The notes under the pieces are model-generated. The model was given only the letters and a program-made list of their open reading frames with translations. It made no database searches and was not told the DNA's origin. 64,000 nt of DNA. It comes from Terriglobia bacterium. GTDB taxonomy: Bacteria; Acidobacteriota; Terriglobia; 20CM-2-55-15. The stretch's first letter is position 1. Each line of letters starts with the position of its first letter. The position numbers were made by a program, and so were the translations under genes. Below, in pieces: positions 1 to 10,508 of the stretch. Location: positions 32,001 through 96,000 of the forward strand of contig CAXWPJ010000004.1 in NCBI GenBank assembly GCA_963664115.2, given 5' to 3'.

Positions 1-419
1 ATCTGGACGTTCGCAAAGTCTTCGTCGGCAACACGCAAACCAATACCTCCGATAGCGTCAGCTACGTTGCTATCGCTGCGAATGACAGTGTAGACACGCA
101 AGGACTGGGTCTCGACACCCAGGACATCCTGAGTCAGGACGGCGCTGCGGCGGCAATCTCGAAGCTTCAGGATGCATCGGGAACTCTCGGTACGGTTCAG
201 GCCCGAACGGGAGCCGCGATGAACCGCTTGAGTTACGCCGCGTCTCAATCCCAGCGGGTTTCGGCCAGTTTACAAGCTTCCGAATCTCGAATTCGAGATG
301 CCGACATTGCTGAGGCGATCGCCGAACTGACGAAAAACCGCATCCTGACCGATAGCGGCATAGCGGCCATGTCCTACGGGGAATTGTCTTCCGAATCTGT
401 CCTGAAAGTTATCGGATAG
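1..419 (+). CDS. Flagellin, C-terminal part (5' end outside window)
   Basis: Frame open from nt 3; ...ARTGAAMNRL...ASESRIRDADIAEAIAELTKNRIL...VLKVIG matches the flagellin C-terminal helical domain. Confidence 0.85.
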   Translation, partial: LDVRKVFVGNTQTNTSDSVSYVAIAANDSVDTQGLGLDTQDILSQDGAAAAISKLQDASGTLGTVQARTGAAMNRLSYAASQSQRVSASLQASESRIRDADIAEAIAELTKNRILTDSGIAAMSYGELSSESVLKVIG

Positions 420-927
420 GGGCGCAGGCGACCCTGCGTCATACATAGTCGGGGAATTGATCGGCACACAAGCAGGCCGGCAATCAGGCACGTTGAAAAT
501 GGGGAACGTGAAGCGGAATCCCCCGATAGATCCAACGGTTCGGTTAGCTTTGTTTAACTCGGATTAAGGATTTATTGGGGGAAACTCCGAGGAGCTTCGA
601 GTCCTGTTTCCGGAATTGCAATTAACCTTCCCGCTAAGCCCCTCCACCCCTCATACCTTAGAAATCTCGATTCAGCTAAAGGCTGCGAATTCTGCATCTG
701 AGGCTTACAGGTTGTCCCGCGACCACGGGAATGTTCTCAAGTGGATTCATTCCTTGCTCAGGTGGTAGACTGCGCTCGCCCAGCGCTTGCCGGCACTCAA
801 GGAATACTGCATGGCTGGTGAGGCGGGCACCGCGAACTGATTCCGGCAGCTGGTTCTTCTCAATTGTTACTGAATGCGCGGCAAGGTCGTAGAGTGTCGC
901 TGCCGCCGGAATTTAATCCGAGTACAC

Positions 928-2085
928 ATGAAGATTAGCCGCGATCGGATTCTTACCACCCACGTCGGAAGCCTTCCCCGAAGCGAGACCTTATCGGACC
1001 TTCTGCTCCAACGCGAGGCCGGTGAAGACGTCGATCCCGAGCGTCTCGCGGAGGAAATGGATCGTGGGGTTCGCCGTATTGTCGAAAAGCAGGTCGAAGC
1101 AGGAATCGACATCGGTAACGACGGCGAGCAGCAGCGTGTCGGCTTTCAGACTTACGTGCCCGGGCGCATGTCGGGTTTTGCCGGCGAATCCAACCGGCGT
1201 CCAGGACTCGACTATACGGAATTTCCGGAATTGGGCGAGACGCTGATGAGGCGCTTTCCAAAGCGCAGCAAGATGCAGAACGCGCCTGAAGCTCAAGGCG
1301 AGCTGAAGTACCTGGACACGGCGGCAATCAATCAGGAAATCGGTCGAGTTCTGGAGACGGCGAAGACGGCGGGCCGCTTTGAAGAGTGCTTCATGACTGC
1401 ACCATCACCCGGCATTATCTCCTCGACCATGCTCAACGCTTATTACGACTCGCAGGAGGCCTATCTGGACGCCATCGCACGGGAAATGCGGCATGAATAT
1501 CAGGCGATCCACAAGGCCGGGTTGGTCCTGCAGATTGACGCGCCTGATCTGGCGATGGACCGTGCCATGTTCTTTCGCGACTTGAACGATGCGGACTTCG
1601 TGAAAGCTGTGGAGCTGAACGTCGCGGCATTGAACAAGGGTCTGGAGGGCATTCCACCCGATAGGGTGCGTCTCCATTGCTGCTGGGGAAATTGGGACGG
1701 ACCGCACATATTCGACGTTGCCCTGGATCTGTTGCTGCCGGTTCTCTATCAGGCAAATGTGGGAGCCCTGAGCATCGAGCTTGCGAATCCCAGGCACCAG
1801 CACGAGTACCAGGCAATCCGGCGGAATCCACTGCCGGACCTCATGGTGCTGATTCCCGGCGTTATCAACACCACGACCAACATTGTGGAACACCCCGAAG
1901 TTGTCGCACGTCGGCTTGAGGAGGCTGTGGGCGTCGTCGGGGATCGTGAGCGGATCATCGCCAGCACCGATTGCGGCTTTGGAACTTTTACAAATCGCGA
2001 GTGGGTGATTGAACCCTCGGTGTGGCTCAAGCTCAAGACGCTCCGTGAAGGGGCCGATCTCGCTTCGAAGCGGCTATTTGGTTAG
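928..2085 (+). CDS. Cobalamin-independent methionine synthase II family protein (single-barrel MetE-like / epoxyalkane:CoM transferase-like)
   Basis: TTHVGSLPR N-terminus, DGE, LQIDAPDLA, Zn ligands H-C-C-WGN and STDCGFG; ATG 928 preferred over the ORF-track start at 874. Confidence 0.85.
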   Translation: MKISRDRILTTHVGSLPRSETLSDLLLQREAGEDVDPERLAEEMDRGVRRIVEKQVEAGIDIGNDGEQQRVGFQTYVPGRMSGFAGESNRRPGLDYTEFPELGETLMRRFPKRSKMQNAPEAQGELKYLDTAAINQEIGRVLETAKTAGRFEECFMTAPSPGIISSTMLNAYYDSQEAYLDAIAREMRHEYQAIHKAGLVLQIDAPDLAMDRAMFFRDLNDADFVKAVELNVAALNKGLEGIPPDRVRLHCCWGNWDGPHIFDVALDLLLPVLYQANVGALSIELANPRHQHEYQAIRRNPLPDLMVLIPGVINTTTNIVEHPEVVARRLEEAVGVVGDRERIIASTDCGFGTFTNREWVIEPSVWLKLKTLREGADLASKRLFG

Positions 2086-2190
2086 ATCAAGCGAAGCGAC
2101 GGTTCAACCCGGACACGGAAACGCTTGTCGCATTTCAAATGACTCTGCGCCCGAAGAGGTAGGACCCACAAACCCACTGGCAATGAAATT

Positions 2191-2901
2191 ATGATCGACA
2201 TACGCAAGAGTGAAGAGCGAGGCGGCGCTGACCGTGGGTGGGTGAAGGGACTTTTCACGTTCTCATTCGCGGACTACAACGATCCGGAGCACACAGGATT
2301 TCGCTCCTTACGTGTGATGAATGAGGATCGCATCAGTCCCGGAAAAGGTTTCGGTCCCCACGCGCACCGGGACATGGAGATCATCAGTTACATCCTGCAA
2401 GGACATCTGGTGCATCGAGACAGCATGGGGGAGCGGCACACGATGGGGCCGAACGAGATCCAGCTCATGTCGGCCGGCAACGGGATTGTGCACAGCGAGT
2501 TCAACGCATCCGAAACCGAGCCGCTCCACATGATGCAGATCTGGATCGAGCCAAGATGCGAAGATTTGCCTCCGTCCTATCAGCAGATCGCATTTTCTCC
2601 CGAGGAAAAACGCGGAAGATTGCGCCTGTTGGCCGGGCCGGAAGCGAGTGTGGGCGAGGGGGCAGCAGTCATAAATCAAGACGCCCGAGTATTTGTTGGG
2701 GAAGTCGCGACAGGAGAATGCGTACGCCATGTGCTCGGTCCCGGACGTTACGCGTGGGTGCAGGTCGTGAGGGGGGAGAGCTCAGTGAACGGGCGAGTGC
2801 TCGGTGCGGGCGACGGCGCTGCCTGTGGCAGCGAAGAAGAGTTGTCGGTGGTCGGGAGAGGACCTGAGGGCGGGGAAGTCCTCGTGTTCGATTTACATTG
2901 A
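2191..2901 (+). CDS. Pirin family protein (YhhW-like)
   Basis: FSFADYNDP, GFGPHAHRDMEIISY, MSAGNGIVHSEFN, QIWI motifs. Confidence 0.9.
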   Translation: MIDIRKSEERGGADRGWVKGLFTFSFADYNDPEHTGFRSLRVMNEDRISPGKGFGPHAHRDMEIISYILQGHLVHRDSMGERHTMGPNEIQLMSAGNGIVHSEFNASETEPLHMMQIWIEPRCEDLPPSYQQIAFSPEEKRGRLRLLAGPEASVGEGAAVINQDARVFVGEVATGECVRHVLGPGRYAWVQVVRGESSVNGRVLGAGDGAACGSEEELSVVGRGPEGGEVLVFDLH

Positions 2902-2911
2902 GGCGCATGAC

Positions 2912-3445
2912 ATGTCTCCGATCACAGTGATGATTGCTTTCTATTCGATCCGCGGTTCCACCGAGAGGCTTGCGACAGCTGCGGCTGTAGGCGCCGTGCA
3001 GGGTAGAGCCCGAATACGTTTGCGGCGCATGCCGGATGCGGGCTCCCTGGAAACAATTCGCGGGTTTCCCGAATTCAGAGAGTCTCTGGAGCGGATGAGA
3101 AAGGAATATGTCGGTCCCACGGAATCGGACGTGATCGCCTCGGACGCACTCGTGTTCGGAGTACCTGGAGATTTTGCGGCGGAGTCGGGGGAATGGAAGG
3201 GGTATCTGGACGTGCTTGCCCGGCTCGGGTCTCAAGGAAAGTTGCGTGGAAAGGTGGGCGTCGCACTTGGGAGCGAACCGGGACTTGCGGCCTTTTCAAG
3301 GGCGATTGCACCGCTGGCATTAGCTGCTCCGCGTTTGGGCGCCTCTCTCGCCGAGGAAGTCCCAAACGACGATGTCGCGCGTGCCATTGCCCTGGGTCGC
3401 CGGGTGGCCGCTGCGGCGCGGTCGCTCATAGATAGCACAGATTAA
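2912..3445 (+). CDS. Flavodoxin-like / WrbA-related protein
   Basis: FYSIRGSTERLA flavodoxin P-loop-like start, DALVFGVP, LRGKVG; GAGG RBS before ATG 2912. Confidence 0.65.
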   Translation: MSPITVMIAFYSIRGSTERLATAAAVGAVQGRARIRLRRMPDAGSLETIRGFPEFRESLERMRKEYVGPTESDVIASDALVFGVPGDFAAESGEWKGYLDVLARLGSQGKLRGKVGVALGSEPGLAAFSRAIAPLALAAPRLGASLAEEVPNDDVARAIALGRRVAAAARSLIDSTD

Positions 3446-3462
3446 TCAGAAGGAGTCGCAAT

Positions 3463-4564
3463 ATGCCGATCAAGATCGTGGATACCTTACTGCCGACCAC
3501 CATGGTCGGATCCTTCTCCCCGGCCGGGCTGGTATAACTACGAACTCCTTGGACGCGACATTCGCGTCGCGTTCAAAGAAGTCGGGCACGAAGAGGCGTA
3601 CAACGATGCCACCCAGGCGGTTATTCACGATCAGGAGGAAGCCGGCCTCGATATCATCACGGACGGACAGATGTCCTACGACGACTACGTCGGGGTGATC
3701 GGCTCGTTCTGCTGGTATATGTACGAGCGCATTCCCGGATTCCAGAACGCGAAGGAGATCCATCCGTCAGAGATCGGGGCTCCGGTGAGGACCAAAGAGA
3801 TCGAGCTTCTTGCCGACTGGGGCGGCGTGGTTAATGACGGGCCGGTGTCGCGCGGTCCGATCCGGCTCGCGGACCTCTATAAGATAGGCAAAAAGTATGC
3901 CACGAAACCCATGAAGGTGTCCGTCGGTGCCGGGTCGGTCAACCTGGCGTGGCATGTCCACTTCCAGCACTACAAAAATGCCCGTGAGCTGAGTTTTGCC
4001 CTGGCACCCATTTTCAACGCCGAGATGAAAGACCTCGTTGCGGCTGGAGCGACCTACCTGCAGTTGGAGGACCTCGGGGCCTGGCTCCCCGTGTTCACAA
4101 ACGACGAAAACGACTACGGTTGGATCGGGGACGTTATCGCAGAGTGTGTGGATGGGGTCGATGCCAAGGTGGCCTGGCATTTCTGCTTTGGTAATGCCTG
4201 GGGCAATGCCGTCGTTCCGAGCAACTATGCTACCGTCCTGCCCCATTTTTATGACGCTCCCGTGGATCAGTTCGTTCTGGACTTCGCGAATCGGGATAGG
4301 TCCGATATCGATTGTCTGAGTTCACTTCCTAAAGACAAGGAAGTCCAGATTGGGGTCATCGATATCCGTACCATGATGATCGAAACGCCCGAGCAGGTTG
4401 CGGACAGGATTCGTAGGGTGATCAAGGTCGTGCCGGCCGAACGCGTGTACTTAAGCACGGACTGCGGCATGAAGCCGCTTCCGCGTATCGTCGCGAGGAT
4501 GAAGTTACAGGCGCTTGTCGCAGGTGCAAAGATCGTCCGGGAAGAACTCAACGGCAAGTCGTAA
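3463..4564 (+). pseudogene. Single-barrel MetE-like protein with a +1 frameshift near 3517 (pseudogene or sequencing error)
   Basis: AAGGAG RBS, MPIKIVDTLLPTTMVGSF; the next frame continues PRPGWYNY...QEEAGLDIITDGQ into ORF 3671-4564; Zn ligands HFCFGN and STDCGM. Confidence 0.8.
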
Positions 4565-4602
4565 CTTACGACTCCACTTTCAGCTTTCGAAGGAGGCTAG
4601 AT

Positions 4603-6215
4603 ATGCGAAACAGCATCTGGACCCTTTGTCTATTGGTGGCCGCCATGTGTGGCCAGGCAATGGGGCAGTCTGCCCCGGACGTGATCCGCAGGGCTGCGGC
4701 AGCGCTCGGAGGCGAGGACAGGATCCTCTCTGTCCGGACGCTCATGATCGAAGGCTATGGTCAGGCTGCAGCCCAGAACGGCGGCGCCAATGCCTCCGCT
4801 TCGGTGGATTCGCCCCAGGTGTGGACCAACATTCAGGCCTACGAAAAGACGATCGATCTGGTCAACAACCGTGTGCGTGTCCGTCAACGCACCCAGGCCT
4901 TTACCTCTGCCGCGACGCTCAGTCGGGGTCTGGAAAATTTCGTTACGACCCAGGTCCTGGATGGAGACCTGTCGTACACGGTCAACGAAGACGGAGAGGC
5001 CAGCCGCGGAGGGAACGCGGCCAACCTGCGTATCGAGATGCTGACGCACCCTGTCGTTCTCGTGCGCAAAGCGCTCGACCCGACGACCGTCGTCAACAAT
5101 TTGCGGAACCAGGGGAACCAGCAGCTTGTCGACATCACGACTGAGGCAGGCGACCAATTTATCCTCGGCATCGACAGAGAGACCCAACTCCCGACATCGG
5201 TGCGGTGGATGGTCAGCAACGGTATGCTGGCCGACCTCGCGTATCAGACAGCCTTCACCGGATACATGCCAATCGACGGACTCCAGATGCCGTTTGGATT
5301 CAATACCGTCATCGACTTCAGGAACATCGTCTCCAGCAAGCTCTACGTCAACAGGAACACCGTGGATGCGCCCATCGATGATCTTTTGCCGCACCCCAGT
5401 TGGTAGTGTCGGCCCCACCGCCGGCCCCTTTCGTGCCAATGGTTGATGCGGAAGTCGTCGCAGATGGAATCTGGCTACTCCATGGTAATCGGGGGCACAA
5501 CGGGATCGTATTTGAATTCGAGGATCATCTGACACTGTTCGAAGTGCCCGTGAATGAGGCGTGGACCCTTGCACTGATCGAAACCGCCCGGTCCCTGGTT
5601 CCGGATAAACCTCTCACTGAAGCCATCGTTTCCCATCACCATTTCGACCACTCGGGAGGGCTGCGAACGGCTATCGCCGAGGGCCTCACGATCATCGCTC
5701 ATCGAGGAACCGAGGATATGTTTGCTGAGATCGCCGCCCGGCCCTCGACCATAGCTCCCGATCACCTCGGCCGAAACCCGGCGCCCTTCAAATTCGTGGG
5801 GATTGACGACCATCTCAAATTGGAAGATGACGCTATGGAGATCGATCTCTATCACATCATCGGGGACGACCACATGGCCGAAGCGCTGATGGCCTACGTA
5901 CCTCGCGATCGAATTCTTGTGCAGGGAGATCTCTTTGACCTCTCGTGGCAGGGTTATTGGTGGCGGGACGTCTACGCTGACAACGTCGCACTCCGGAACC
6001 TGATGGTTGCGGATGTTCCCGTCCACGGTCCTGTCGTGCCGTACTCCCAGGTGCTCACGAGCCTTGAGGAGAAAATTGAAAGAACCCAGCAATTGTGCAT
6101 GGAACCTGTCGGACAGTTTCTCCCAACCTGTCCGTTCCAGCAGCGGCGGTGCAGGGGGACGGAACAGGGACGGACACTTCGGTCGAAATGCAGCGTTCAG
6201 ACTAAGACGCAGTAA
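4603..6215 (+). pseudogene. Secreted MBL-fold metallo-hydrolase split by a frameshift in a T run near 5384-5387
   Basis: Signal peptide in ORF 4603-5406; ...IDDL continues as AAPQLVVSAPP into ORF 5400-6215 with SHHHFDHSGG, QGDLF and VPVHG motifs. Confidence 0.75.
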
Positions 6216-6252
6216 GAAGGGTCCGTCCCTATCCTGAAGTGTCCGTCCCCTT
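6153..6252. repeat. REP/REPIN-like palindromic element, copy A
   Basis: GGGGACGG...GGGACGGACACTTC facing GAAGGGTCCGTCCC...GAAGTGTCCGTCCCC; same arms at 25022 and 48304. Confidence 0.75.
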
Positions 6253-6618
6253 AGAAATCCCCTCTCTTTCACGATGCCTGTGCGCGGCAACGGCAGGCGG
6301 TTTGTAATCAGTTCCAGTAATTTGGGCGACTCCAGTGATGGAAGTCTTCGTTGATTTCTTCCACTGGCAGGGTGTCTTCAACCAAAAAGTCGTCCTATAT
6401 CTTAGGAATAAGACTTAGGAATTCAAATCAAGCGTCTGAAACGGCTTTGGTGTTTTTCAACAACGGTTCAGCAGGTTTTCCGACTGTGCATTGTGGAACC
6501 GTTTAAGGCCCCCACCCCCTAAAGTGCCATCAATAACTATAATAAATATATTAATTAAGCTTGCCTTAGTTGTGGCCTGAGAGTAGTTTCGACTGATCCC
6601 TAGACGGAGGTTTCGGAA

Positions 6619-7869
6619 ATGAGATCACAGCGTGGTATGGCGCTGATCACGGCCCTGATGCTGCTCGCATTTCTCACGGTCGTGGGCGGAGCACTCTTAT
6701 CCAGCACGACGGTCGACCTTAAGATCGCCGATAACTACAAAACCAACGCACAGTTGTTGTTCCTCACCGAAGCCGGTCTCGATGCAGCCCGGGAAACGTT
6801 GAGGGTTTCGGCGAACGATCTGACCACGGATATGGTGGCGGCTGCCGGGACGGACACGACGCTGTCCGCATCGATGGACCTGGCCACGCTCCTGGCAACC
6901 GACGACCAGCCCCTCCTGCCATCTAGCAACAGCCTCCGAACGACGGGCCAGACCCTCGACAATGGTTCCGGGCAAACCATAGGCGCCTACCATGTATTCA
7001 TGCGCAACGATCCGGCGGAAGGTCAGACTGCGACAACGGATGCAAATGATGTCGTCACCCTGGTGAGTATCGGAACCATCGGCAACGCGACGCTGACGAT
7101 AGCAGCCGACGTCAAGAAAGGAACCTTTCCGCCCATTCCGGCAGCGCTGACTCTCAACGGAGGCATCGGTTTGTTCGATGCCGCAAATTCGAATCTGTTC
7201 CGCGTGGATGGATTTGATTCGGCGGGTAGCGGCAACAACGAGAATGCTATCGGTGTCATTTCTGCGGGGGACGATACGACCGTAACCGGCGCCATTCCCG
7301 CAAATCGGGTTTCCAACTACACCGGTGATGGCGGTGCCACACCAGACGTCGAAGACGTCAGCACTGACCTTTCGACATCGCTGGAAACAGTGTCCGGGCT
7401 GGAGGACATCGTCTCCAGCATCTCGGACTCGGCCACAGACACCTACACGCCGGGCTTCGGAAGCTCGACTTCGATCGGTGACATCGGAAGTGCCAGCGAC
7501 TACCGTGTTGTCGTCGTCAACGGCGATGCCACGTTCGGGCCCGGAACCGGCTACGGCATTCTGCTGGTACGGGGTGTCCTGACACTTTCGGGCAACTTCA
7601 ATTGGAACGGCCTGGTTCTGGCGATCGGCCAGGGAGAAATGCACTGGAACGGTGGTGGGAACGGAGAGGTACAAGGAGGCGTGTTTATTGCGAAGACGCG
7701 CGACACGGCAACGATGTCCGAACCGCTGGGAGCCCTGCGGACGACGAGGGGAGATATCATTGCCGACTTCAACGGCGGTGGCGGTGCAGGAATCATTTAC
7801 AACACGAGCACGATCGCCAGTGCAAACAACACGTTTCCGTATGACCCGATTGCGGTCTGGGAGTACTGA
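6619..7869 (+). CDS. PilX N-terminal domain protein (type IV minor pilin-like)
   Basis: Class III signal MRSQRG|MALITALMLL lacking Glu5, then LLFLTEAGL; GGAGG RBS; Gly/Thr-rich beta C-terminus. Confidence 0.8.
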   Translation: MRSQRGMALITALMLLAFLTVVGGALLSSTTVDLKIADNYKTNAQLLFLTEAGLDAARETLRVSANDLTTDMVAAAGTDTTLSASMDLATLLATDDQPLLPSSNSLRTTGQTLDNGSGQTIGAYHVFMRNDPAEGQTATTDANDVVTLVSIGTIGNATLTIAADVKKGTFPPIPAALTLNGGIGLFDAANSNLFRVDGFDSAGSGNNENAIGVISAGDDTTVTGAIPANRVSNYTGDGGATPDVEDVSTDLSTSLETVSGLEDIVSSISDSATDTYTPGFGSSTSIGDIGSASDYRVVVVNGDATFGPGTGYGILLVRGVLTLSGNFNWNGLVLAIGQGEMHWNGGGNGEVQGGVFIAKTRDTATMSEPLGALRTTRGDIIADFNGGGGAGIIYNTSTIASANNTFPYDPIAVWEY

Positions 7870-7905
7870 AATGCTGGCCGACGGACGTCTGAACACGGAG
7901 AAATC

Positions 7906-8142
7906 ATGTCAGCGACAGCAACACAGACGGTCACAGGCGATGCCTTGCGAGGGGCGGAGGACCTACGGGAAGAGTTGGCCACAACCAGCAACCAACTCGT
8001 AGAACTCATGAAGCAATATCGCGACCCCGAGCGGAGTCTTGAAGAGAAGATAAGGTTGAACATCCGCCGCAGCGAGTTGGAGTCATACGCTGCCGGTTTG
8101 CGCTACGCCCTGGGCGGCGCTCCAAGGGAAGAGCGAGTCTAG
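7906..8142 (+). CDS. Small helical hypothetical protein
   Basis: GGAG RBS, 78 aa; its TAG stop is part of the CTAG flanking the IS1380. Confidence 0.6.
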   Translation: MSATATQTVTGDALRGAEDLREELATTSNQLVELMKQYRDPERSLEEKIRLNIRRSELESYAAGLRYALGGAPREERV

Positions 8143-9991
8143 GCCCTGAACAAGCGTGATTGACGAGGAAATGATAGTGCAATAAGAGCGGAAGTACCCG
8201 AAATGCCCCCTCTCCGTGCGAAAAAAACCTTGAACAGATTCTTCGGAAAAGGAGGCATTTCAGATGAACGATTATACGCGCAAGAACATGAGGAACCGCA
8301 AGCGGCGAATCGAACGTCGGCTTGGGGACCGGCATTGGACGGATCAGGTAGAGCCGATGTTTTCGGCGAGCAACATTCAGTACGAGATGGGAGAGCGGAC
8401 GCGGGGCACATCGGTTGGTGGTATCGGGACGATGCAACTGGTGGCGCGGCGGACCGGGCTGATCGAAGCCATCGACAAGGGCGTGCATGTGTTGAAGCGG
8501 CACCTGCCGTATCACGAGTCGGATCACGTGCTGAACATCGCCTACAACGCCTTGAGCGGAGGAACGTGCCTGGAAGACATCGAACTGCGGCGCAACGATG
8601 CGGTGTATCTGGATGCGCTGGGAGCGCAACGGATTCCGGATCCGACGACGGCGGGAGACTTCTGCCGGAGATTCGAGGCCGACGACGTGGAGTGTCTGAT
8701 GGAGGCAACCAATCAAGTCCGGCTCGGAGTCTGGCGACAGCAACCGGCGGCGTTTTTCGAAGAAGCGGTGTTGGACGCGGACGGGACACTGGCCGAAACC
8801 ACGGGGGAATGCAAGCAAGGGATGGACGTGGCCTACGACGGGACGTGGGGATATCACCCGCTGATGATCTCGCTGGCCAACACCGCCGAACCGCTGTATC
8901 TGGTCAATCGTAGCGGCAACCGGCCGTCGCATGAAGGAGCCGCGGTCCGGTTCGACCAAGCCATCGCATTGTGCCGGCATGCGGGGTTTCGCCAGATCCT
9001 GCTGCGCGGGGACACGGACTTCAGCCAGACCCGGCATCTGGACGGATGGGACGACCAGCAGGTGGGTTTCATATTCGGGATTGACGCGATGGCGAACCTG
9101 AAGGCCCGGGCCGATGAACTGGAGCCGCGCCAGTGGAAGCGCCTGGAACGGCCCGCGAAATACGACGTGGCGACCGAACCGCGCCAACGTCCCGACAACG
9201 TGAAGGAAGAGATCGTTCGGCAGCGCGGTTTCGACAATATCCGCTTGCAGGGTGAGGATGTGGCCGAGTTTCGGTATCGACCCGGAGCCTGCGATCGGGA
9301 CTACCGTGTCGTCGTGGTGCGGAAGAATCTGTCGGTGGCCAAAGGAGAGCAGGTGTTGTTTGACGACATCCGGTACTTCTTCTACATTACCAACCGTTCG
9401 GATCCGGCCGACCAGATTGTGATGCGTGCCAATCAACGGTGCAATCAGGAGAATCTCATTGAGCAGTTGAAGAACGGCGTTCAGGCGTTGCGGATGCCGG
9501 TCGGAGATCAGACCAGCAACTGGGCCTACATGGTGATCGCGTCACTGGCCTGGACACTGAAAGCGTGGTTTGCATTGCTGCTTCCCGAAACCGGACGTTG
9601 GGGCCAAAAATATCAGGCTGAGAAGCAAACCGTGCTGCGCATGGAGTTCAAAACCTTCTTGAACGCTTTCATGCTTGTGCCGTGCCAACTCGTGCGCACC
9701 GGGCGGCGCATTCTGTTCCGGATCCTGGCCTGGAACCGGTGGTTGCCGGTCTTGTTCCGCGGGGTGGATGTGTTGCGTCAGCCTCTGCGATGTTGACCCG
9801 ATCATGACTCTGAGCCCGGGCGATCGAGGTCCCGGTTTCTGTCAACCGTCCAACACCAGCGAGGCTGAACTGAAACAGATTCAACAGAAACTCGATACCT
9901 GGAACAGGCCATCCGGGAACGGGATTCTATGCCTCGAATTCTATCGGCGCGAACTGGGCCTCGGCGGACTGGTTATGCGCTTGTTTTGGGC
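8143..9991 (+). mobile_element. IS1380-family insertion sequence, copy 1
   Basis: Imperfect IRs (G)CCCTGAACAAGCG / CGCTTGTTTTGGG(C), CTAG on both sides (8139-8142, 9992-9995); near-identical inverted copy at 52112-53960. Confidence 0.92.
8264..9796 (+). CDS. IS1380-family DDE transposase
   Basis: VLDADGT, GYHPL, LLRGDTDF, RCNQENLIEQLK motifs; 510 aa. Confidence 0.92.
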   Translation: MNDYTRKNMRNRKRRIERRLGDRHWTDQVEPMFSASNIQYEMGERTRGTSVGGIGTMQLVARRTGLIEAIDKGVHVLKRHLPYHESDHVLNIAYNALSGGTCLEDIELRRNDAVYLDALGAQRIPDPTTAGDFCRRFEADDVECLMEATNQVRLGVWRQQPAAFFEEAVLDADGTLAETTGECKQGMDVAYDGTWGYHPLMISLANTAEPLYLVNRSGNRPSHEGAAVRFDQAIALCRHAGFRQILLRGDTDFSQTRHLDGWDDQQVGFIFGIDAMANLKARADELEPRQWKRLERPAKYDVATEPRQRPDNVKEEIVRQRGFDNIRLQGEDVAEFRYRPGACDRDYRVVVVRKNLSVAKGEQVLFDDIRYFFYITNRSDPADQIVMRANQRCNQENLIEQLKNGVQALRMPVGDQTSNWAYMVIASLAWTLKAWFALLLPETGRWGQKYQAEKQTVLRMEFKTFLNAFMLVPCQLVRTGRRILFRILAWNRWLPVLFRGVDVLRQPLRC

Positions 9992-10122
9992 CTAGATCGG
10001 GGGAAATCTCGGTGATGGTCCGCTAGATTGGCCCTTGTGATATAAGACACTCAATGAATGTTTACAACATCGAAGATTTCAGGCCAGCGAAGACCGAAGC
10101 CCCCGCTGGCCTTCGGATCGAA

Positions 10123-10395
10123 TCAGGAAGCGAGCTTCTGATTGATCTGATCACTAGTAACCAGCAGGTTGTACCATGCCGTGTTGGACGGCACGATCTC
10201 GGCGACAAGAAGCCTGTCGTTCTTGTCCATAAACCTCATCAGGTCGTTGGCTATATCAAGCGCAAGCGAAGTGCTTCTCATTAGCCATGTGGATTGCTCC
10301 ACTCGAACAGCCTTCAATTGCTGTAGCCGTTCAATCAGACCATCATAGTTCTGTCCGGGTTTTCTTAGATCGTAAGTAACTTCATAAGGTTTCAT
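10123..10395 (-). CDS. Cas2/VapD-like ferredoxin-fold small protein (standalone)
   Basis: Y-x-V-T-Y-D-L N-terminal strand with conserved Asp, RVEQSTW (compare Cas2 RxQxSVF), DxNDRLLV; AGGAA RBS; no cas genes nearby. Confidence 0.65.
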   Translation of the reverse strand: MKPYEVTYDLRKPGQNYDGLIERLQQLKAVRVEQSTWLMRSTSLALDIANDLMRFMDKNDRLLVAEIVPSNTAWYNLLVTSDQINQKLAS

Positions 10396-10472
10396 TTTCC
10401 TGTCTTCCTAATTAAAGCCCATCCGCACTAAGACCACAGCGCGATCCGGGCGAACTTCGGGTAGAGAAGAGA

Positions 10473-10502
10473 TTGACGGGATCACGCATACGGCGCTATG
10501 AT
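10473..10502 (+). promoter_or_regulatory. Putative sigma70 promoter (TTGACG-N18-TATGAT)
   Basis: 5/6 match to the -35 consensus and 5/6 match to the -10 consensus; followed by a terminator with no intervening ORF. Confidence 0.5.
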
Positions 10503-10508
10503 GGGAGA

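Noticed and set aside
420-927. Possible SAM or cobalamin riboswitch upstream of the MetE-like gene
   Set aside because: I could not find the conserved cores of SAM-I/II or B12 elements; an Rfam scan would settle it.
6697-7896. 399-aa minus-strand ORF
   Set aside because: Antisense to the PilX-like gene, with no recognisable domain.
8006-9436. 476-aa antisense ORF (and its 467-aa twin at 52667-54070)
   Set aside because: Shadow of the IS1380 transposase; it recurs only because the IS is duplicated.
10054-10284. 76-aa plus-strand ORF
   Set aside because: Mostly overlaps the better-supported Cas2/VapD-like gene on the opposite strand; no RBS or motif.
10123-10395. CRISPR-Cas locus suggested by the Cas2-like gene
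   Set aside because: No cas1, no effector genes and no repeat-spacer array seen in the window.
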